NCBI GenBank assembly: GCA_038523235.1
Contig: JBCBJQ010000024.1
Location: 1 to 64,000, forward strand
Direction: 5' to 3'
DNA length: 64,000 nt
Source of the DNA: Cyanobacteria bacterium J06626_4
GTDB lineage: Bacteria > Cyanobacteriota > Cyanobacteriia > Phormidesmidales > Phormidesmidaceae
Positions 1 to 10,623 of this stretch are shown in pieces (positions within the stretch are counted from its first letter, which is position 1; the number at the start of each line of letters is the position of its first letter). The position numbers were made by a program, and so were the translations under genes. Below the pieces are notes generated by a model. The model saw only the letters and a program-made list of their open reading frames with translations. It did not search any database and was not told the origin of the DNA.

Positions 1-290
1 AAGATGCCTGTTCAGACAAAACACCTGCTCTGCAATTTTGAGGACGCACAAATTCAAACTTGGCGCTGCACTAGGCGATCGTCGGGCTTGGGGCAAATGA
101 CCCCAACTTCTGCGATCTCGTAAAAAACGATGTTTTTGGGCGACTTGCGTTTTTGCGCCGTCGCTGTGCTTTGCTAATCTCAGGTGAGCCGGATCCTTGA
201 GATGTTTTTCAGACGGCTTTTTTACAGCCGCGATCGCGCTGTCGGCTGGCCTTCGCCTTACCCCGTTAAGATTCCCTTATTGATTCCCCT

Positions 291-2543
291 ATGCCTACTG
301 CATCTCTCTCATCTGACCAGGTTTACAGCGTGGTCGAAAACCGCCACAGCAACCCCTTCGAGGTTTTGGGCTCCCATGCGTTAGCGCAGCCAGACGGGAA
401 GACGCGCTGGGTGGTGCGGGCCTATTTGCCCGATGCCGATGCCGCCTGGGTGATTCGCCCCGAGCAGCGGCAAGCATATCCCATGCAGACGGCCCATCAT
501 CCGCACTTTTTTGAATGCGAGCTGCCCGGCACCGAAGACCACAACTATCTGATCAAAGTCAGCGAAAATGGCCATGAGCGCACCATGCGCGATCCCTATG
601 CCTTTAAGTCGGCGTTGCTGACTGACTTCGACATTCATCTCTTTACTGAAGGCAACCACCATCTCATTTACGAAAAGATGGGCGCTCATGCCGTGGAGGT
701 GCAGGGCGTCAGCGGTGTTTATTTTGCCGTGTGGGCTCCCAATGCTCGCAGCCTGTCAGTCGTGGGCAACTTCAACAGTTGGGATGGTCGCAAGCATCAA
801 ATGCGGCGGCTCGATGGCGGCGTTTGGGATCTGTTTATTCCGGAGCTGCAGGTAGGTGAACTCTACAAATTTGAGATCAAAAATCAGGAAGGACACCTGT
901 ATCTCAAGTCTGATCCCTACGGTTTTCAGCAGCAGGTGCGACCCGATACCGCCTCCATTGTCACTGACCTGAGCTATGAGTGGCACGACCAAGACTGGCT
1001 AGAGCAGCGCCGCCACACCAACCCCCAAGAGCAGCCGGTCTCTGTGTATGAAGTGCATTTGGGCTCTTGGCTGCACGAGAGTATTGAGCAGCTACCCGCC
1101 CAGGGCACTGCTGTAGCGGCGAGTCAAAAACCTGAAGCCCGCTTTCTCACCTATCGCGAACTGGCGCAGCAGTTGATTCCCTACGTCAAGGAGCTGGGCT
1201 ACACCCACATTGAAGTGTTGCCGATCGCGGAGCATCCCTTTGATGGGTCTTGGGGCTATCAGGTGGCGGGGCATTTTGCGCCCACGTCGCGCTTCGGCAG
1301 TCCCCAAGACTTTATGTATTTTGTCGATCAGTGCCACGCTGAGGGCTTGGGCGTGATTGTGGACTGGGTGCCGGGCCACTTTCCGAAAGACAGTCATGGC
1401 CTGGCTTATTTTGACGGCAGTCATCTCTATGAGCATTCTGACTCGCGCAAAGGTGAGCACAAAGAGTGGGGCACACTGGTCTTTAACTATTCGCGCCATG
1501 AGGTCAGAAACTTTCTCATTGCCAACGCGCTGTTTTGGTTTGAGAAGTATCACATCGATGGCATTCGAGTGGATGCCGTCGCCTCAATGCTGTACCTCGA
1601 CTACGATCGCGAGGATGGCGAGTGGGTGCCCAACCACTTTGGCGGCAACGAAAATCTAGAAGCGGTCGAGTTTTTGCGGCAGCTCAACTCGGTGATTTTT
1701 GGCTACTATCCCGGCATCCTGTCCATTGCCGAAGAATCGACGTCGTGGGCCAATGTGTCGCGCCCCACCTATGTCGGCGGCCTCGGGTTCAATTTCAAAT
1801 GGAACATGGGCTGGATGCATGACATGCTGAAATATTTCAGCGAGTCTCCCGGCCACCGCCGCTATCACCAAAACAGCGTCACGTTTTCACTGTGGTATGC
1901 CTTTAACGAAAACTTTGTGCTGGCGCTATCCCATGACGAGGTGGTGCATGGCAAAGGCAACCTGTTCCAAAAAATGCCGGGCGACGATTGGCAAAAGTTC
2001 GCCAATCTGCGAGCGCTTTATGCCTATATGTTTACGCATCCGGGCAAAAAGACCCTCTTTATGGGCATGGAGTTTGGCCAGACGACAGAATGGAATGCCT
2101 GGCGCGACCTGGATTGGCCGCTCTTAGAGCAAGCGCCGCACCGACAGCTCAAGCAGTTTGTCACTGACCTCAATGGACTGTACGTGCAAGAACCGGCGCT
2201 CTATACCGATGATTTTTCACCCCAGGGGTTTGAGTGGATTGACTGCAACGACGCCGATAACAGCGTGGTGTCCTTTTTGCGGCGCGATCGCGATTCCGAC
2301 CAGTTCATCGTCACAGTCTGCAACTTTACGCCCCAGCCCCACTATGACTATTGGGTGGGCGTGCCGGAAGCGGGCTATTACCGCGAGGTGATCAACAGCG
2401 ATGCATCAGAATATGGCGGTAGTGGCGTTGATAATGCGGGGGGCCAGCAAAGTCATGACTGGGATCATCCCCGCTGGCCCCAGGCCCTGAGTTTGACGCT
2501 GCCGCCGTTAGGGGTGATGGTCTTCAAATTAGAAAATGGATAA
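291..2543 (+). CDS. glgB: 1,4-alpha-glucan branching enzyme
   Basis: 750 aa; GH13 motifs FAVWAPNA, YEVHLGSW, EHPFDGSWGYQ, DGIRVDAVASMLY, AEEST, LSHDEVVHGK. Confidence 0.98.
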   Translation: MPTASLSSDQVYSVVENRHSNPFEVLGSHALAQPDGKTRWVVRAYLPDADAAWVIRPEQRQAYPMQTAHHPHFFECELPGTEDHNYLIKVSENGHERTMRDPYAFKSALLTDFDIHLFTEGNHHLIYEKMGAHAVEVQGVSGVYFAVWAPNARSLSVVGNFNSWDGRKHQMRRLDGGVWDLFIPELQVGELYKFEIKNQEGHLYLKSDPYGFQQQVRPDTASIVTDLSYEWHDQDWLEQRRHTNPQEQPVSVYEVHLGSWLHESIEQLPAQGTAVAASQKPEARFLTYRELAQQLIPYVKELGYTHIEVLPIAEHPFDGSWGYQVAGHFAPTSRFGSPQDFMYFVDQCHAEGLGVIVDWVPGHFPKDSHGLAYFDGSHLYEHSDSRKGEHKEWGTLVFNYSRHEVRNFLIANALFWFEKYHIDGIRVDAVASMLYLDYDREDGEWVPNHFGGNENLEAVEFLRQLNSVIFGYYPGILSIAEESTSWANVSRPTYVGGLGFNFKWNMGWMHDMLKYFSESPGHRRYHQNSVTFSLWYAFNENFVLALSHDEVVHGKGNLFQKMPGDDWQKFANLRALYAYMFTHPGKKTLFMGMEFGQTTEWNAWRDLDWPLLEQAPHRQLKQFVTDLNGLYVQEPALYTDDFSPQGFEWIDCNDADNSVVSFLRRDRDSDQFIVTVCNFTPQPHYDYWVGVPEAGYYREVINSDASEYGGSGVDNAGGQQSHDWDHPRWPQALSLTLPPLGVMVFKLENG

Positions 2544-2571
2544 TGGATAGAGGTCTTTGTCAGGTACGGGT

Positions 2572-4752
2572 ATGACGCGATCGCCATTTTTTCGTCTCAG
2601 TTTTGCTATCACGGCGATGATGTGGTTTTGTCAACCCGCCCAGGCTGATCATCTTGACTACCGTGACGATCTCCCGTTCATTCGCCTCGAAGGCATTGAG
2701 CGCATCTGCTTTTCCCAACCGCCCCGTGGACAGCGGGAGGCTACGACTTTTGCTTTTGGCATTCCTGAGACTGACTTTCCCAATGATGTGGCGATCGCTT
2801 TGGTCGGGCAAGGACAGCCGCAACTCGCTTTAGACATTGTTGACCGCTTTGTCCCTGGTCGCTACGAACAGTTCGATCAGGCTCGTAGTGTTGCCCTCGC
2901 GTTGGCGACCAATGGCTACCCGGATGCCGCTCTGGAGTTGCTGCAGCGGGTCGAAGGCGAAGATGTCATTGGCGATCGCTATCAGGACAATGCGGCGTTT
3001 CCCGTGGTGTTTGCCCTGACCGCAGCAGGACAGGGCGAAGCGGCCTTGGCAGCGGCGATGTTGATCGAAGAAGAAAACCACCGGGGCGAGGCGATCGCTC
3101 ACCTGGTCACTCATTTCATTCAAACCAATGAGGTTGAGCAAGCGATCGCCTTAATCGAATCGGTGGATACCCCTTTTTATCGAGTGGCCGCGCTCGCCTG
3201 TGCCGGGGTTGCCCTGACCGAACAGCAACAGTCTGAGCGAGCTGATCGCCTATTTCAGCAAGCGATACAGTTAGCCCAGCAAGGGTTTAACCAAGCCCAG
3301 GAGCCTGACGAACCCTTTGCGGCGAGTGAAGCCGTGGGAGCTGTCATCCTGGGCCTAGCGGAAATCGGTGCCGTCGATCAGTCTCGCCAGATATTAGAGT
3401 CGCTGCAGCCCGAGGCTGAGCAGGCGAGACGGTACCTGCCTATTTTGAAGTCCACATTCTTAGTGCCTTTACTGCAAAGCGCCCAGGCAACCGCAGGCAG
3501 CGACACCGTCCATCAATTGTTGATAGATATTCCCCACAGCCCAGAAGACTGGAGCTGGTTTGGCCTGCCAGCGGTCTGGCTAGGCTTTGCGGCCCATCAA
3601 AACTTTTCTGAAGCGCAATATCAGGCGCTGCTAAACCAACTAGAGACCCATCTAGCCCCTTCGGATACCGCCCCGCGTGGCCTGATCTTAGGGGCTGCTG
3701 CCGTTGAGTTAGCAGAACAGCAAGCGTTTGCTCCAGCCGTCGCCGCCTATGAGGAATCGATGCAGCGCTTTGCAGCTGACGATGAGGGTGCATATGGGAT
3801 CTGGCGTGTGCGTAACTTTCTCGCGATCGCAACGGCTATGAAACTGGCGGGCGATACCGAGGCTGCTTGGGCTTTCATTGAACAATACGCTTCAGCACCA
3901 GGGACGGCAATCGCCAATTTAGGTGTGGTGACTGGTTTGGCTTGCCATTCCGCTGCTTTTGGGTGTGGCCGCTACGCCTCACTAGAGATCGATCTCACCG
4001 CCCTAACCAGTTGGCATTGGCTAGACCTGTACTATATTCTGCAACTCCAGCAGTTCCCTGCACGCGAAAACTTAACCGATGCCCCAGTGCTAACATCGCC
4101 AATTGCCCTAGCAAAAGCGGTGGTGTTAACGGAAGTGGCTAAAACCCAAATCAGTTCTGGAGACTACGAAGCCGGACTCGTCACCGCAGCAGAACTTGCC
4201 GGCATCGCTCGCGAGACCGTGGCGGTAAATTGGGCACAACAAGAAATTACGCTAGCGTTTGCTGCCGCCCACCAGTTCGACACGGCGATCGCCTTCGCAG
4301 AGCAAATCAGCGACCCTCACACTCAATCCACGGTATTACTCTCAATCAGCACTGGTCTGATCACTTCCGGTGCTTATGACCAGGCATTGAGCATCCTCCA
4401 AGGGCTATCCCTCAGCTCAGCAGACCAGGGGTTTTTGTTGTTGCAGCAGCAATCTATGCTGGCCGCTTTAGCTGCTGCTGTCGCTCAAGCAGAACGGTTT
4501 GAACAAGCGTTGAGCATTGCTCAGATGATAGAGCGTGAATACTTCCAAGACACCGCATTGCGGGCGATCGCCGCCGCTTGGGCGCAGTCAGGACAAGCCG
4601 ACCAGGCTTTGGCTTTAACCGAACAAATTGACACGCCAAGTGAAAAAGTTGCGGCCCTCAGCCACATCGCGATCGCGCTAATTCAGGCAGGACAAATCGA
4701 TCAGGGTCTCACGGTTTTGGAGCAGGCTTTCGCCGTTACTCCCAACAACTAA
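2572..4752 (+). CDS. secreted alpha-helical (TPR-like) repeat protein of unknown function
   Basis: Signal-peptide-like N-terminus ending AQA; repeated 'ALxxIAxAxxxxGQxDQAL' helices; ATG 2572 preferred over TTG 2557. Confidence 0.6.
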   Translation: MTRSPFFRLSFAITAMMWFCQPAQADHLDYRDDLPFIRLEGIERICFSQPPRGQREATTFAFGIPETDFPNDVAIALVGQGQPQLALDIVDRFVPGRYEQFDQARSVALALATNGYPDAALELLQRVEGEDVIGDRYQDNAAFPVVFALTAAGQGEAALAAAMLIEEENHRGEAIAHLVTHFIQTNEVEQAIALIESVDTPFYRVAALACAGVALTEQQQSERADRLFQQAIQLAQQGFNQAQEPDEPFAASEAVGAVILGLAEIGAVDQSRQILESLQPEAEQARRYLPILKSTFLVPLLQSAQATAGSDTVHQLLIDIPHSPEDWSWFGLPAVWLGFAAHQNFSEAQYQALLNQLETHLAPSDTAPRGLILGAAAVELAEQQAFAPAVAAYEESMQRFAADDEGAYGIWRVRNFLAIATAMKLAGDTEAAWAFIEQYASAPGTAIANLGVVTGLACHSAAFGCGRYASLEIDLTALTSWHWLDLYYILQLQQFPARENLTDAPVLTSPIALAKAVVLTEVAKTQISSGDYEAGLVTAAELAGIARETVAVNWAQQEITLAFAAAHQFDTAIAFAEQISDPHTQSTVLLSISTGLITSGAYDQALSILQGLSLSSADQGFLLLQQQSMLAALAAAVAQAERFEQALSIAQMIEREYFQDTALRAIAAAWAQSGQADQALALTEQIDTPSEKVAALSHIAIALIQAGQIDQGLTVLEQAFAVTPNN

Positions 4753-4773
4753 TGTCCGAACCCGAGTCAGGAA

Positions 4774-5670
4774 TCAGTCCATCAGCGCGGTCTTGAGAAA
4801 ATCGATAAATGCGCGTACCTTGCGCGGCACGTAGGCTCGCGATGGATAAACCAGCCAAGCCGCCGTGTTGAAGTCGGTGGCGGTGACTGCGTACTCGGGT
4901 AGGACTCGGATCAAATCGCCCCGTTGAATGTCGGCCTCAATGAGCCAGTGGGGCAGTAGAGCTAACCCCATGCCCGCGATCGCGCACTGTTGCAGGGCGA
5001 TCGCGCTGGAAATCACCGTGCGTCCCGAGACTGCCACCTCGGTGAGCCTGCCATCATGATCTTGAAATCGCCACCGCGAGCGAAACCCAGCAAGCGGAAA
5101 CCGCAAACAGTCGTGGTGCTCAACATCCTGTGGTTGCCGTAGCGGAGCGGCTCTGCTGAGATAGGCCGGACTGGCACAGACGCTGTAGCGAGTTGGCATC
5201 AGGCGCTGAGCCATCAGGGTCGAATCGGCCAGCCGCCCCAGCCGCACCGCGAGATCAACCCGTTCGGTCAGCAGATCGACTACTGCGTCGGTCAGCAATA
5301 AATCAACGGTGAGGTCAGGATATTGCGCTGACAACTGGGGCAGCAGCGGCACAATGCACGTTAACCCAAAGGAGACTGAAGCCGTGACGCGGAGCTGGCC
5401 CTTGGGCTGTTGCGAAATGTCGGTGGTGACCGCCGATGCCTGCTGCAGCTCTTCAACCAGCGGTTCAACGCGCTCAAAATAGGTCCGGCCCGCTTCGGTG
5501 GGCGACAGCTGACGGGTAGTGCGCTGCAAGAGCCGGACGCCCAGCTCTTTTTCGAGATTGGCGATCGCCCGCGACACCGAAGAGGGATCAAGGCGGCGAT
5601 CGCGCGCCACGGCGGCAAAACTGCCCTGCCTCACCACCTCGACGAATAGCTGCAGCGTGGATACATCCAT
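4774..5670 (-). CDS. LysR family transcriptional regulator (CrgA-like)
   Basis: HTH GSFAAVAR..SSVSRAIANLEKELGVRLLQRTTR; VDLAVRLG; divergent from an oxidoreductase. Confidence 0.95.
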   Translation of the reverse strand: MDVSTLQLFVEVVRQGSFAAVARDRRLDPSSVSRAIANLEKELGVRLLQRTTRQLSPTEAGRTYFERVEPLVEELQQASAVTTDISQQPKGQLRVTASVSFGLTCIVPLLPQLSAQYPDLTVDLLLTDAVVDLLTERVDLAVRLGRLADSTLMAQRLMPTRYSVCASPAYLSRAAPLRQPQDVEHHDCLRFPLAGFRSRWRFQDHDGRLTEVAVSGRTVISSAIALQQCAIAGMGLALLPHWLIEADIQRGDLIRVLPEYAVTATDFNTAAWLVYPSRAYVPRKVRAFIDFLKTALMD

Positions 5671-5690
5671 GCCGCTATTTTAGGGCTGAT

Positions 5691-5709
5691 TCGTGCGCAA
5701 GCCGCATGA
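5691..5709. promoter_or_regulatory. candidate LysR binding box
   Basis: TCGTGCG-CAAGC-CGCATGA imperfect palindrome containing T-N11-A (5694-5706) in the divergent intergenic region. Confidence 0.55.
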
Positions 5710-5788
5710 GAGTTATTCAATCAAAGACCTTTATTGATCATCTTGCAGTTCCTATGCTCAACTCACAGACCTGTCAGGAGATTGGCCA

Positions 5789-6667
5789 ATGAGTAGAATC
5801 GCTGTTTTAGGCACCGGAGCGATGGGGGCGCGCATCGCGCAGAACTTGCTCAATGCCCAGCATTCAGTAGTGGTGTACAACCGCACGGCAGAGAGAGGAC
5901 AGTTGCTGGTGCAGCAAGGAGCGAAGTTCGCCGCCACGCCCCGAACCGCCGCTGCTGAGGCCGACATTGTGATCAGCATGGTGACCGATGATCAGGCTTC
6001 TCGATCAGTTTGGCTGGATGCCGACATCGGTGCTGCTCAAGCGTTGAGTGAAGCGGCGATCGCGATCGAATCGAGCACGCTCACTGTTGAGTGGGTCAAG
6101 GAATTAGGGGCTGCCTTACACCAGCAAGGAACCAACTTTTTAGATGCGCCGATGGTGGGCTCTCGCCCTCAGGTCGAGGCGGGTAAGCTGACCTATTTGG
6201 TGGGCGGCGACGACGCCACTCTGGCGCGTAGTCAAGCGGTTTTGTCAGACGCTGGAGCGGCTCAAGTGTATGCCGTGGGGACAGTGGGGCAGGGCACCGC
6301 GATGAAGCTGGCGGTGAATGCGCTGTTTGGTATCCAGGTGGCGGCGCTGGCAGAGGTTTTGAATGGGCTGGCCCAGCAGGGCCTACCTCGCGATGCCGCC
6401 CTGGACTGTCTAGGGGAATTGCCGATTATGAGTCCGGCGGCGAAATTAGCGGCGGAGCTGATGCGGGCCAACAACCATGCCCCGCTATTTCCGATCGCCC
6501 TGGTGGAAAAAGACTTTCGCTATGGGGTGCAATCAGCCCAAGCCGTTAAGGTGAAGACGCCGATTACCGCTGCTGTGGGAGAGGTGTATCGAGCGGCGAT
6601 CGCCCAGGGATACGCCGACGACAACATCACCGGCATTATTCAAAGCTTGGCGACCACCTTGGGTTGA
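5789..6667 (+). CDS. NAD(P)-dependent oxidoreductase, beta-hydroxyacid dehydrogenase (3-hydroxyisobutyrate DH) family
   Basis: VLGTGAMG Rossmann motif, YNRT, FLDAPMVGS, catalytic K in AMKLAVN, KDF. Confidence 0.9.
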   Translation: MSRIAVLGTGAMGARIAQNLLNAQHSVVVYNRTAERGQLLVQQGAKFAATPRTAAAEADIVISMVTDDQASRSVWLDADIGAAQALSEAAIAIESSTLTVEWVKELGAALHQQGTNFLDAPMVGSRPQVEAGKLTYLVGGDDATLARSQAVLSDAGAAQVYAVGTVGQGTAMKLAVNALFGIQVAALAEVLNGLAQQGLPRDAALDCLGELPIMSPAAKLAAELMRANNHAPLFPIALVEKDFRYGVQSAQAVKVKTPITAAVGEVYRAAIAQGYADDNITGIIQSLATTLG

Positions 6668-6765
6668 AGCCCAGCTCAGTTCTCGGCTGGGCTGGCTATG
6701 ACCCCTTCAGAATGTTTTCGTGTCAGTATTTGAGTGCCTCGGTTGATTGCCCGTGAGCCCCGACG

Positions 6766-7605
6766 ATGACTGCACCCACGGAATCCGCTTGTTTGTGGAA
6801 ACCCCCGCTATCTGGCCTGGAACTGTTTGAAGCCACGCTGTTTTCCCAGCAGTTTGGCAAGCACTTTCATGCGGCTTATACGATTGGGGTGAATGAAGAG
6901 GGGCTGGGCTGCTGTTTGCTGCGGGGCGACAATCAGCATCATTATCCTGGCAGTTTGAAGCTACTAAATCCGGGTGAGGTGCATACTGGGCAAGCAGTTT
7001 CGGCTGATACGGGGTGGTCATTTCGCAATATCTATATCGATGTCACGGCGGTCGAACGGGCCTTGGCTCAGTTCGACTATGCCCGGCCCGGCCTGCCTTA
7101 CTTTAAGGAAGCGATTGTGTGGGACCCCGCGCTGCGATCGCGGTTTTATGAGTTGTTTCAAGCCCTGACCGCACCGCCTTCCCCCCTGCAACAACAGTCA
7201 CTGCTGCTGGAGTTGCTGGCTCAGATTTTTCTGCGGAGTGATACGTCTTGGGTGGATTTCCAACTACCGGGTGCGGAATCAAAAGCCGTGGCGGTCGTGC
7301 GGGCTTACTTAGAGGCGCACTATGCAGAACGGGTGACGCTGGATGAGTTGGCTCAGCTGGTTAACCTGAGTCCCTATTATTTGATCCGCAGCTTTCGCCA
7401 GCAGGTGGGCTGTCCGCCCCACCAGTATCAGCAGCAGTGGCAACTGTTGCGAGCCAAGCAAGCCTTGCAAACGCCGGACGCGATCGCGGCGATCGCGATC
7501 GCCCACGGCTTTTATGACCAAAGCCACCTGACCCGTGCCTTTAAGCAAGCCTTTGGCGTCACCCCTGGTCAGTATCAAAAGGTCAATTCTGTCCAAGATC
7601 GGTAA
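6766..7605 (+). CDS. AraC family transcriptional regulator
   Basis: N-terminal cupin (FGKHFH, NPGEVHTG); C-terminal GFYDQSHLTRAFKQAFGVTPGQY. Confidence 0.95.
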   Translation: MTAPTESACLWKPPLSGLELFEATLFSQQFGKHFHAAYTIGVNEEGLGCCLLRGDNQHHYPGSLKLLNPGEVHTGQAVSADTGWSFRNIYIDVTAVERALAQFDYARPGLPYFKEAIVWDPALRSRFYELFQALTAPPSPLQQQSLLLELLAQIFLRSDTSWVDFQLPGAESKAVAVVRAYLEAHYAERVTLDELAQLVNLSPYYLIRSFRQQVGCPPHQYQQQWQLLRAKQALQTPDAIAAIAIAHGFYDQSHLTRAFKQAFGVTPGQYQKVNSVQDR

Positions 7606-7667
7606 CCCGAGGCGGTCTTAAGCTAAAGCGAATCGGCCAACCGATTAATGGCACCCAGGGAGCAGGC

Positions 7668-8849
7668 ATGACGATCGCGAAGGACTTTTCAATTTCAGCG
7701 GTGATTGCGGGCTTTGTCACCGTGCTGGTCGGGTTTACGGGAGCCGGGGTAATTGTGTTTCAGGCGGCGCAGTCGCTGGGGGCGACGCCGGTTGAGATCG
7801 GCTCATGGCTTTGGGCCTTGGGTTGGGGCATGGGGCTCACCAGCATTGGCCTGTCGCTGCGCTATCGGGTGCCGATTGTGACGGCCTGGTCAACGCCGGG
7901 GGCCGCCATGCTGATTACCACGACTGCCGATGTGACGATGCCAGAGGCGATCGGGGCGTTCCTCATATCTGCTACTTTGATTACGCTAGTGGGCTTCACC
8001 GGCTGGTTTGAGCGGCTCATCCAACATCTACCGCTGTCGCTGGCGGCGGCCATGCTGGCGGGGGTGTTGCTGCAGTTTGGCCTGAATGTCTTTCTGGCGA
8101 TGCAGTCGCAGTTTGTCATGGTGTTCGCCATGTTTGGCCTCTACCTGCTGATGAGACGCACGCAGCCGCGCTATGCCATTATCGCCGCCCTAGTGCTCGG
8201 GGTATTAATTGCCGGTAGCCAGGGTCTCTTGCAACTGGAGGCGGTGCAGTTGCAGTGGGCGACGCCCGTGTTTACCTCGCCGCGATTTTCCCTCAGCGCC
8301 CTGATGGGGATGGCGCTGCCGCTGTTCATCGTCACCATGGCGTCGCAAAATGTCCCCGGCGTCGCTGTCATTCGCGCCTTTGGCTACACCGTACCCAGTT
8401 CTCCTCTGATTGGCTGGACGGGCGTGGCCACCTTGCTGCTGGCTCCCTTTGGCGCTTTTGCGATTAATCTAGCCGCGATTACTGCGGCGATTTCGATGGG
8501 TCGAGAAGCCCATGAAGACTCCAACAAACGCTATGTTGCCGCGGTCGCTGTGGGCGTCTTTTACATCGCGATCGGCTTGTTTGGCGCAACGGTCGGCTCC
8601 ATTTTTGCGGCGCTGCCTCAAGAGTTGGTGTTGGCGATCGCGGGGCTGGCTCTGCTCGGCACGATTGGCAACGGCTTGGTCACGGCGTTAGCGGCAGAAA
8701 AGGAACGAGAACCGGCCCTGATCACGTTTCTGGTCACGGCCTCTGGCATCACGATTTTGGGTATCGGTTCGGCCTTTTGGGGCCTCGTGATCGGGGTCTT
8801 GGCGTTAGTTGTGCTGCGGATGAACCCGAGTGAGGCGGCGAAAACGTAG
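7668..8849 (+). CDS. benE: benzoate/H+ symporter BenE family transporter
   Basis: AWSTPGAA, PLFIVTMASQNVPG, NLAAITAAI, FLVTASG..LGIGSAFWGL. Confidence 0.9.
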   Translation: MTIAKDFSISAVIAGFVTVLVGFTGAGVIVFQAAQSLGATPVEIGSWLWALGWGMGLTSIGLSLRYRVPIVTAWSTPGAAMLITTTADVTMPEAIGAFLISATLITLVGFTGWFERLIQHLPLSLAAAMLAGVLLQFGLNVFLAMQSQFVMVFAMFGLYLLMRRTQPRYAIIAALVLGVLIAGSQGLLQLEAVQLQWATPVFTSPRFSLSALMGMALPLFIVTMASQNVPGVAVIRAFGYTVPSSPLIGWTGVATLLLAPFGAFAINLAAITAAISMGREAHEDSNKRYVAAVAVGVFYIAIGLFGATVGSIFAALPQELVLAIAGLALLGTIGNGLVTALAAEKEREPALITFLVTASGITILGIGSAFWGLVIGVLALVVLRMNPSEAAKT

Positions 8850-8889
8850 GGCTTAAGAAGCCAGCCGCTTTTATCGCTGAACTCACCAG

Positions 8890-9489
8890 TCAACTGATTG
8901 AAAGACTCAAACTCAACAACCATGCCTCCGTCATCTTGGGCGATGTCAGATGCACTACCGATAGGTGCGCATGTTCAGATCGCTGCCAGAGTTCAGGATA
9001 TCTTTTACGGTTTTTGGAATAGGTTTTCAGCATCCATAGCAAGATAGAATCCTGGCTAAAAAATGCCTTACGGATGGTTTCTCGATTGCCGTTCCAAAGG
9101 GTTTCTTGTGTGAGCGATCGCTGCAATGTTCGTTGCCACAGCCGCCCCATAATTAGCCAAAAAGAATAGTCCAGAAACACGACGGTATCAGCCTGACCCC
9201 AAACGATATCGCGCACGACACTGTAGTTGCCATCAACGACCCAGCAATCTTCCCGTAAAGCCTCGCTGACTCGATTTCGAAATACCTGAGGTGCCGCAAC
9301 GGTCCAATTCGGTTCCCAAAATAAGGCGTCTAACTCGATATGAGGAATCTGCTTTCTTTGAGCAACTTGTTTGGCCAGGGTCGTTTTGCCTGAACCAGTT
9401 GTGCCCACAATCGCGATCCGCTGACTAGGATTAGGAGAATTTGCTGGCATAAATTTGACTATGCTCTGAGCCTCACTTTGGTGACACAT
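8890..9489 (-). CDS. adenylate-kinase-like P-loop protein (FlaR/topology modulation family)
   Basis: GTTGSGKTT, IELDALFWEPNW, WVVDGNYS; start could be ATG 9450. Confidence 0.85.
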   Translation of the reverse strand: MCHQSEAQSIVKFMPANSPNPSQRIAIVGTTGSGKTTLAKQVAQRKQIPHIELDALFWEPNWTVAAPQVFRNRVSEALREDCWVVDGNYSVVRDIVWGQADTVVFLDYSFWLIMGRLWQRTLQRSLTQETLWNGNRETIRKAFFSQDSILLWMLKTYSKNRKRYPELWQRSEHAHLSVVHLTSPKMTEAWLLSLSLSIS

Positions 9490-9769
9490 CGTAGCTCTCT
9501 AAAACCTTTTGAGTTGGCGTCACGACTTAAGGTGACAAGTGAAGATTCTGGCTGGAAGTTCTGCCACTGCTAGCGATCGATATCAAACTCCCAATCGTAA
9601 ACCTCATGGTAGAAAAACTGGGTGCTTTGCAAGCTGATCGGCTGCTCTCAACATACCGGTCAGATAATTTCTGGAGAATCGAATCTGGCATCAGTGTCTG
9701 GTTGGCAATCGGCCTACTTCGACGCAGCATCAGACGGCATGGCGATCAGACCAGTATTTAGTTTCAAAA

Positions 9770-10108
9770 TCATTCGGGCGATCGCCCCTCAATTGCATAG
9801 TCAGCGCCAGGCCAAATTTCGTTAATTTCGGCAGCTTGAAAGGCGGCGGTGAAGCGTTCCCAAAGAATGCCGTTGCAGTCAGTCTCGGTTGTGAAGCCTG
9901 AGGCCGTATCGTCTTCCCAACCCAGGTGGCGCAGTTCGCCGGGGGCGCAAGCGGCATCTTGCCGCACCGAGAAGTTGAGCGTTGCCGTGCGCCAGAGGGC
10001 GTACTCGTTAGGCACAACCACACAGGGCTGAGCCCCGAAGCGAACCGAGTAGTCTTGCACGGTGGCGGCAATGTCGTGGGTGGCGATCGCAATATGAATT
10101 CGTGGCAT
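9770..10108 (-). CDS. VOC/glyoxalase-like small protein
   Basis: RIHIAIAT.DI...V.DYS, LRHLG, DCNGILWE pattern. Confidence 0.65.
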   Translation of the reverse strand: MPRIHIAIATHDIAATVQDYSVRFGAQPCVVVPNEYALWRTATLNFSVRQDAACAPGELRHLGWEDDTASGFTTETDCNGILWERFTAAFQAAEINEIWPGADYAIEGRSPE

Positions 10109-10119
10109 TCGTTAAGTCT

Positions 10120-10599
10120 CTAGCTCCTATGGGTTGGTGGGTAGACAACGCGAAACCGCTCACACACCAGCGGCATATCGAGGGTCGGTGCCCTACCAAT
10201 TTTCGGTAAGACCCGTGAAAAATATCGCCAATGTTCGCGCCGCCAAGCGTCTAGGGTGCGGTCATCTTCGCCTTCATCGTAGGCAAACTCAGCATCCACT
10301 TCATTGAAGGCGCAAACCCGCACCTCCGTCGTTGCCGTGATGCACAGGGGCCGGTCCTCACTGTTAAGCACAATCGTGGTTAACCCCACCGTCGGCAGTG
10401 GGCTGGGTTCGGCTTCCCATTCCCATAGGGCAGAGCAGGTGGCGGTTTTGATACCGGCAAGCACCAGGCCTCCGAGGGCGTCGGCGAGGGCGGGCGTATC
10501 GCCAAAGGCTTCGGCCAAGTAGGGGCGATCGCCAGCTGCATCAGCGGGCAAAGTCTGAAGATAGCGTTGCCAATAATCGGCGATCAGGGACGAGGTCAT
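10120..10599 (-). CDS. ASCH domain protein
   Basis: FGD...LAD.L..LVLAGIKTATCS, FAYDEGEDDRTL..WR..HW.YF, VCERFRVVY. Confidence 0.92.
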   Translation of the reverse strand: MTSSLIADYWQRYLQTLPADAAGDRPYLAEAFGDTPALADALGGLVLAGIKTATCSALWEWEAEPSPLPTVGLTTIVLNSEDRPLCITATTEVRVCAFNEVDAEFAYDEGEDDRTLDAWRREHWRYFSRVLPKIGRAPTLDMPLVCERFRVVYPPTHRS

Positions 10600-10623
10600 C
10601 AGGGTTGCCAGGGCATGGGATTG

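Noticed and set aside
6668..6693. Hairpin AGCCCAGC...GCTGGGCT after the dehydrogenase
   Set aside because: No U-tract; ordinary and uninformative
9527..9765. Possible degraded gene remnant (fragments such as FYHEVYDWEFDIDR on the minus strand)
   Set aside because: Multiple stops and no family could be assigned with confidence
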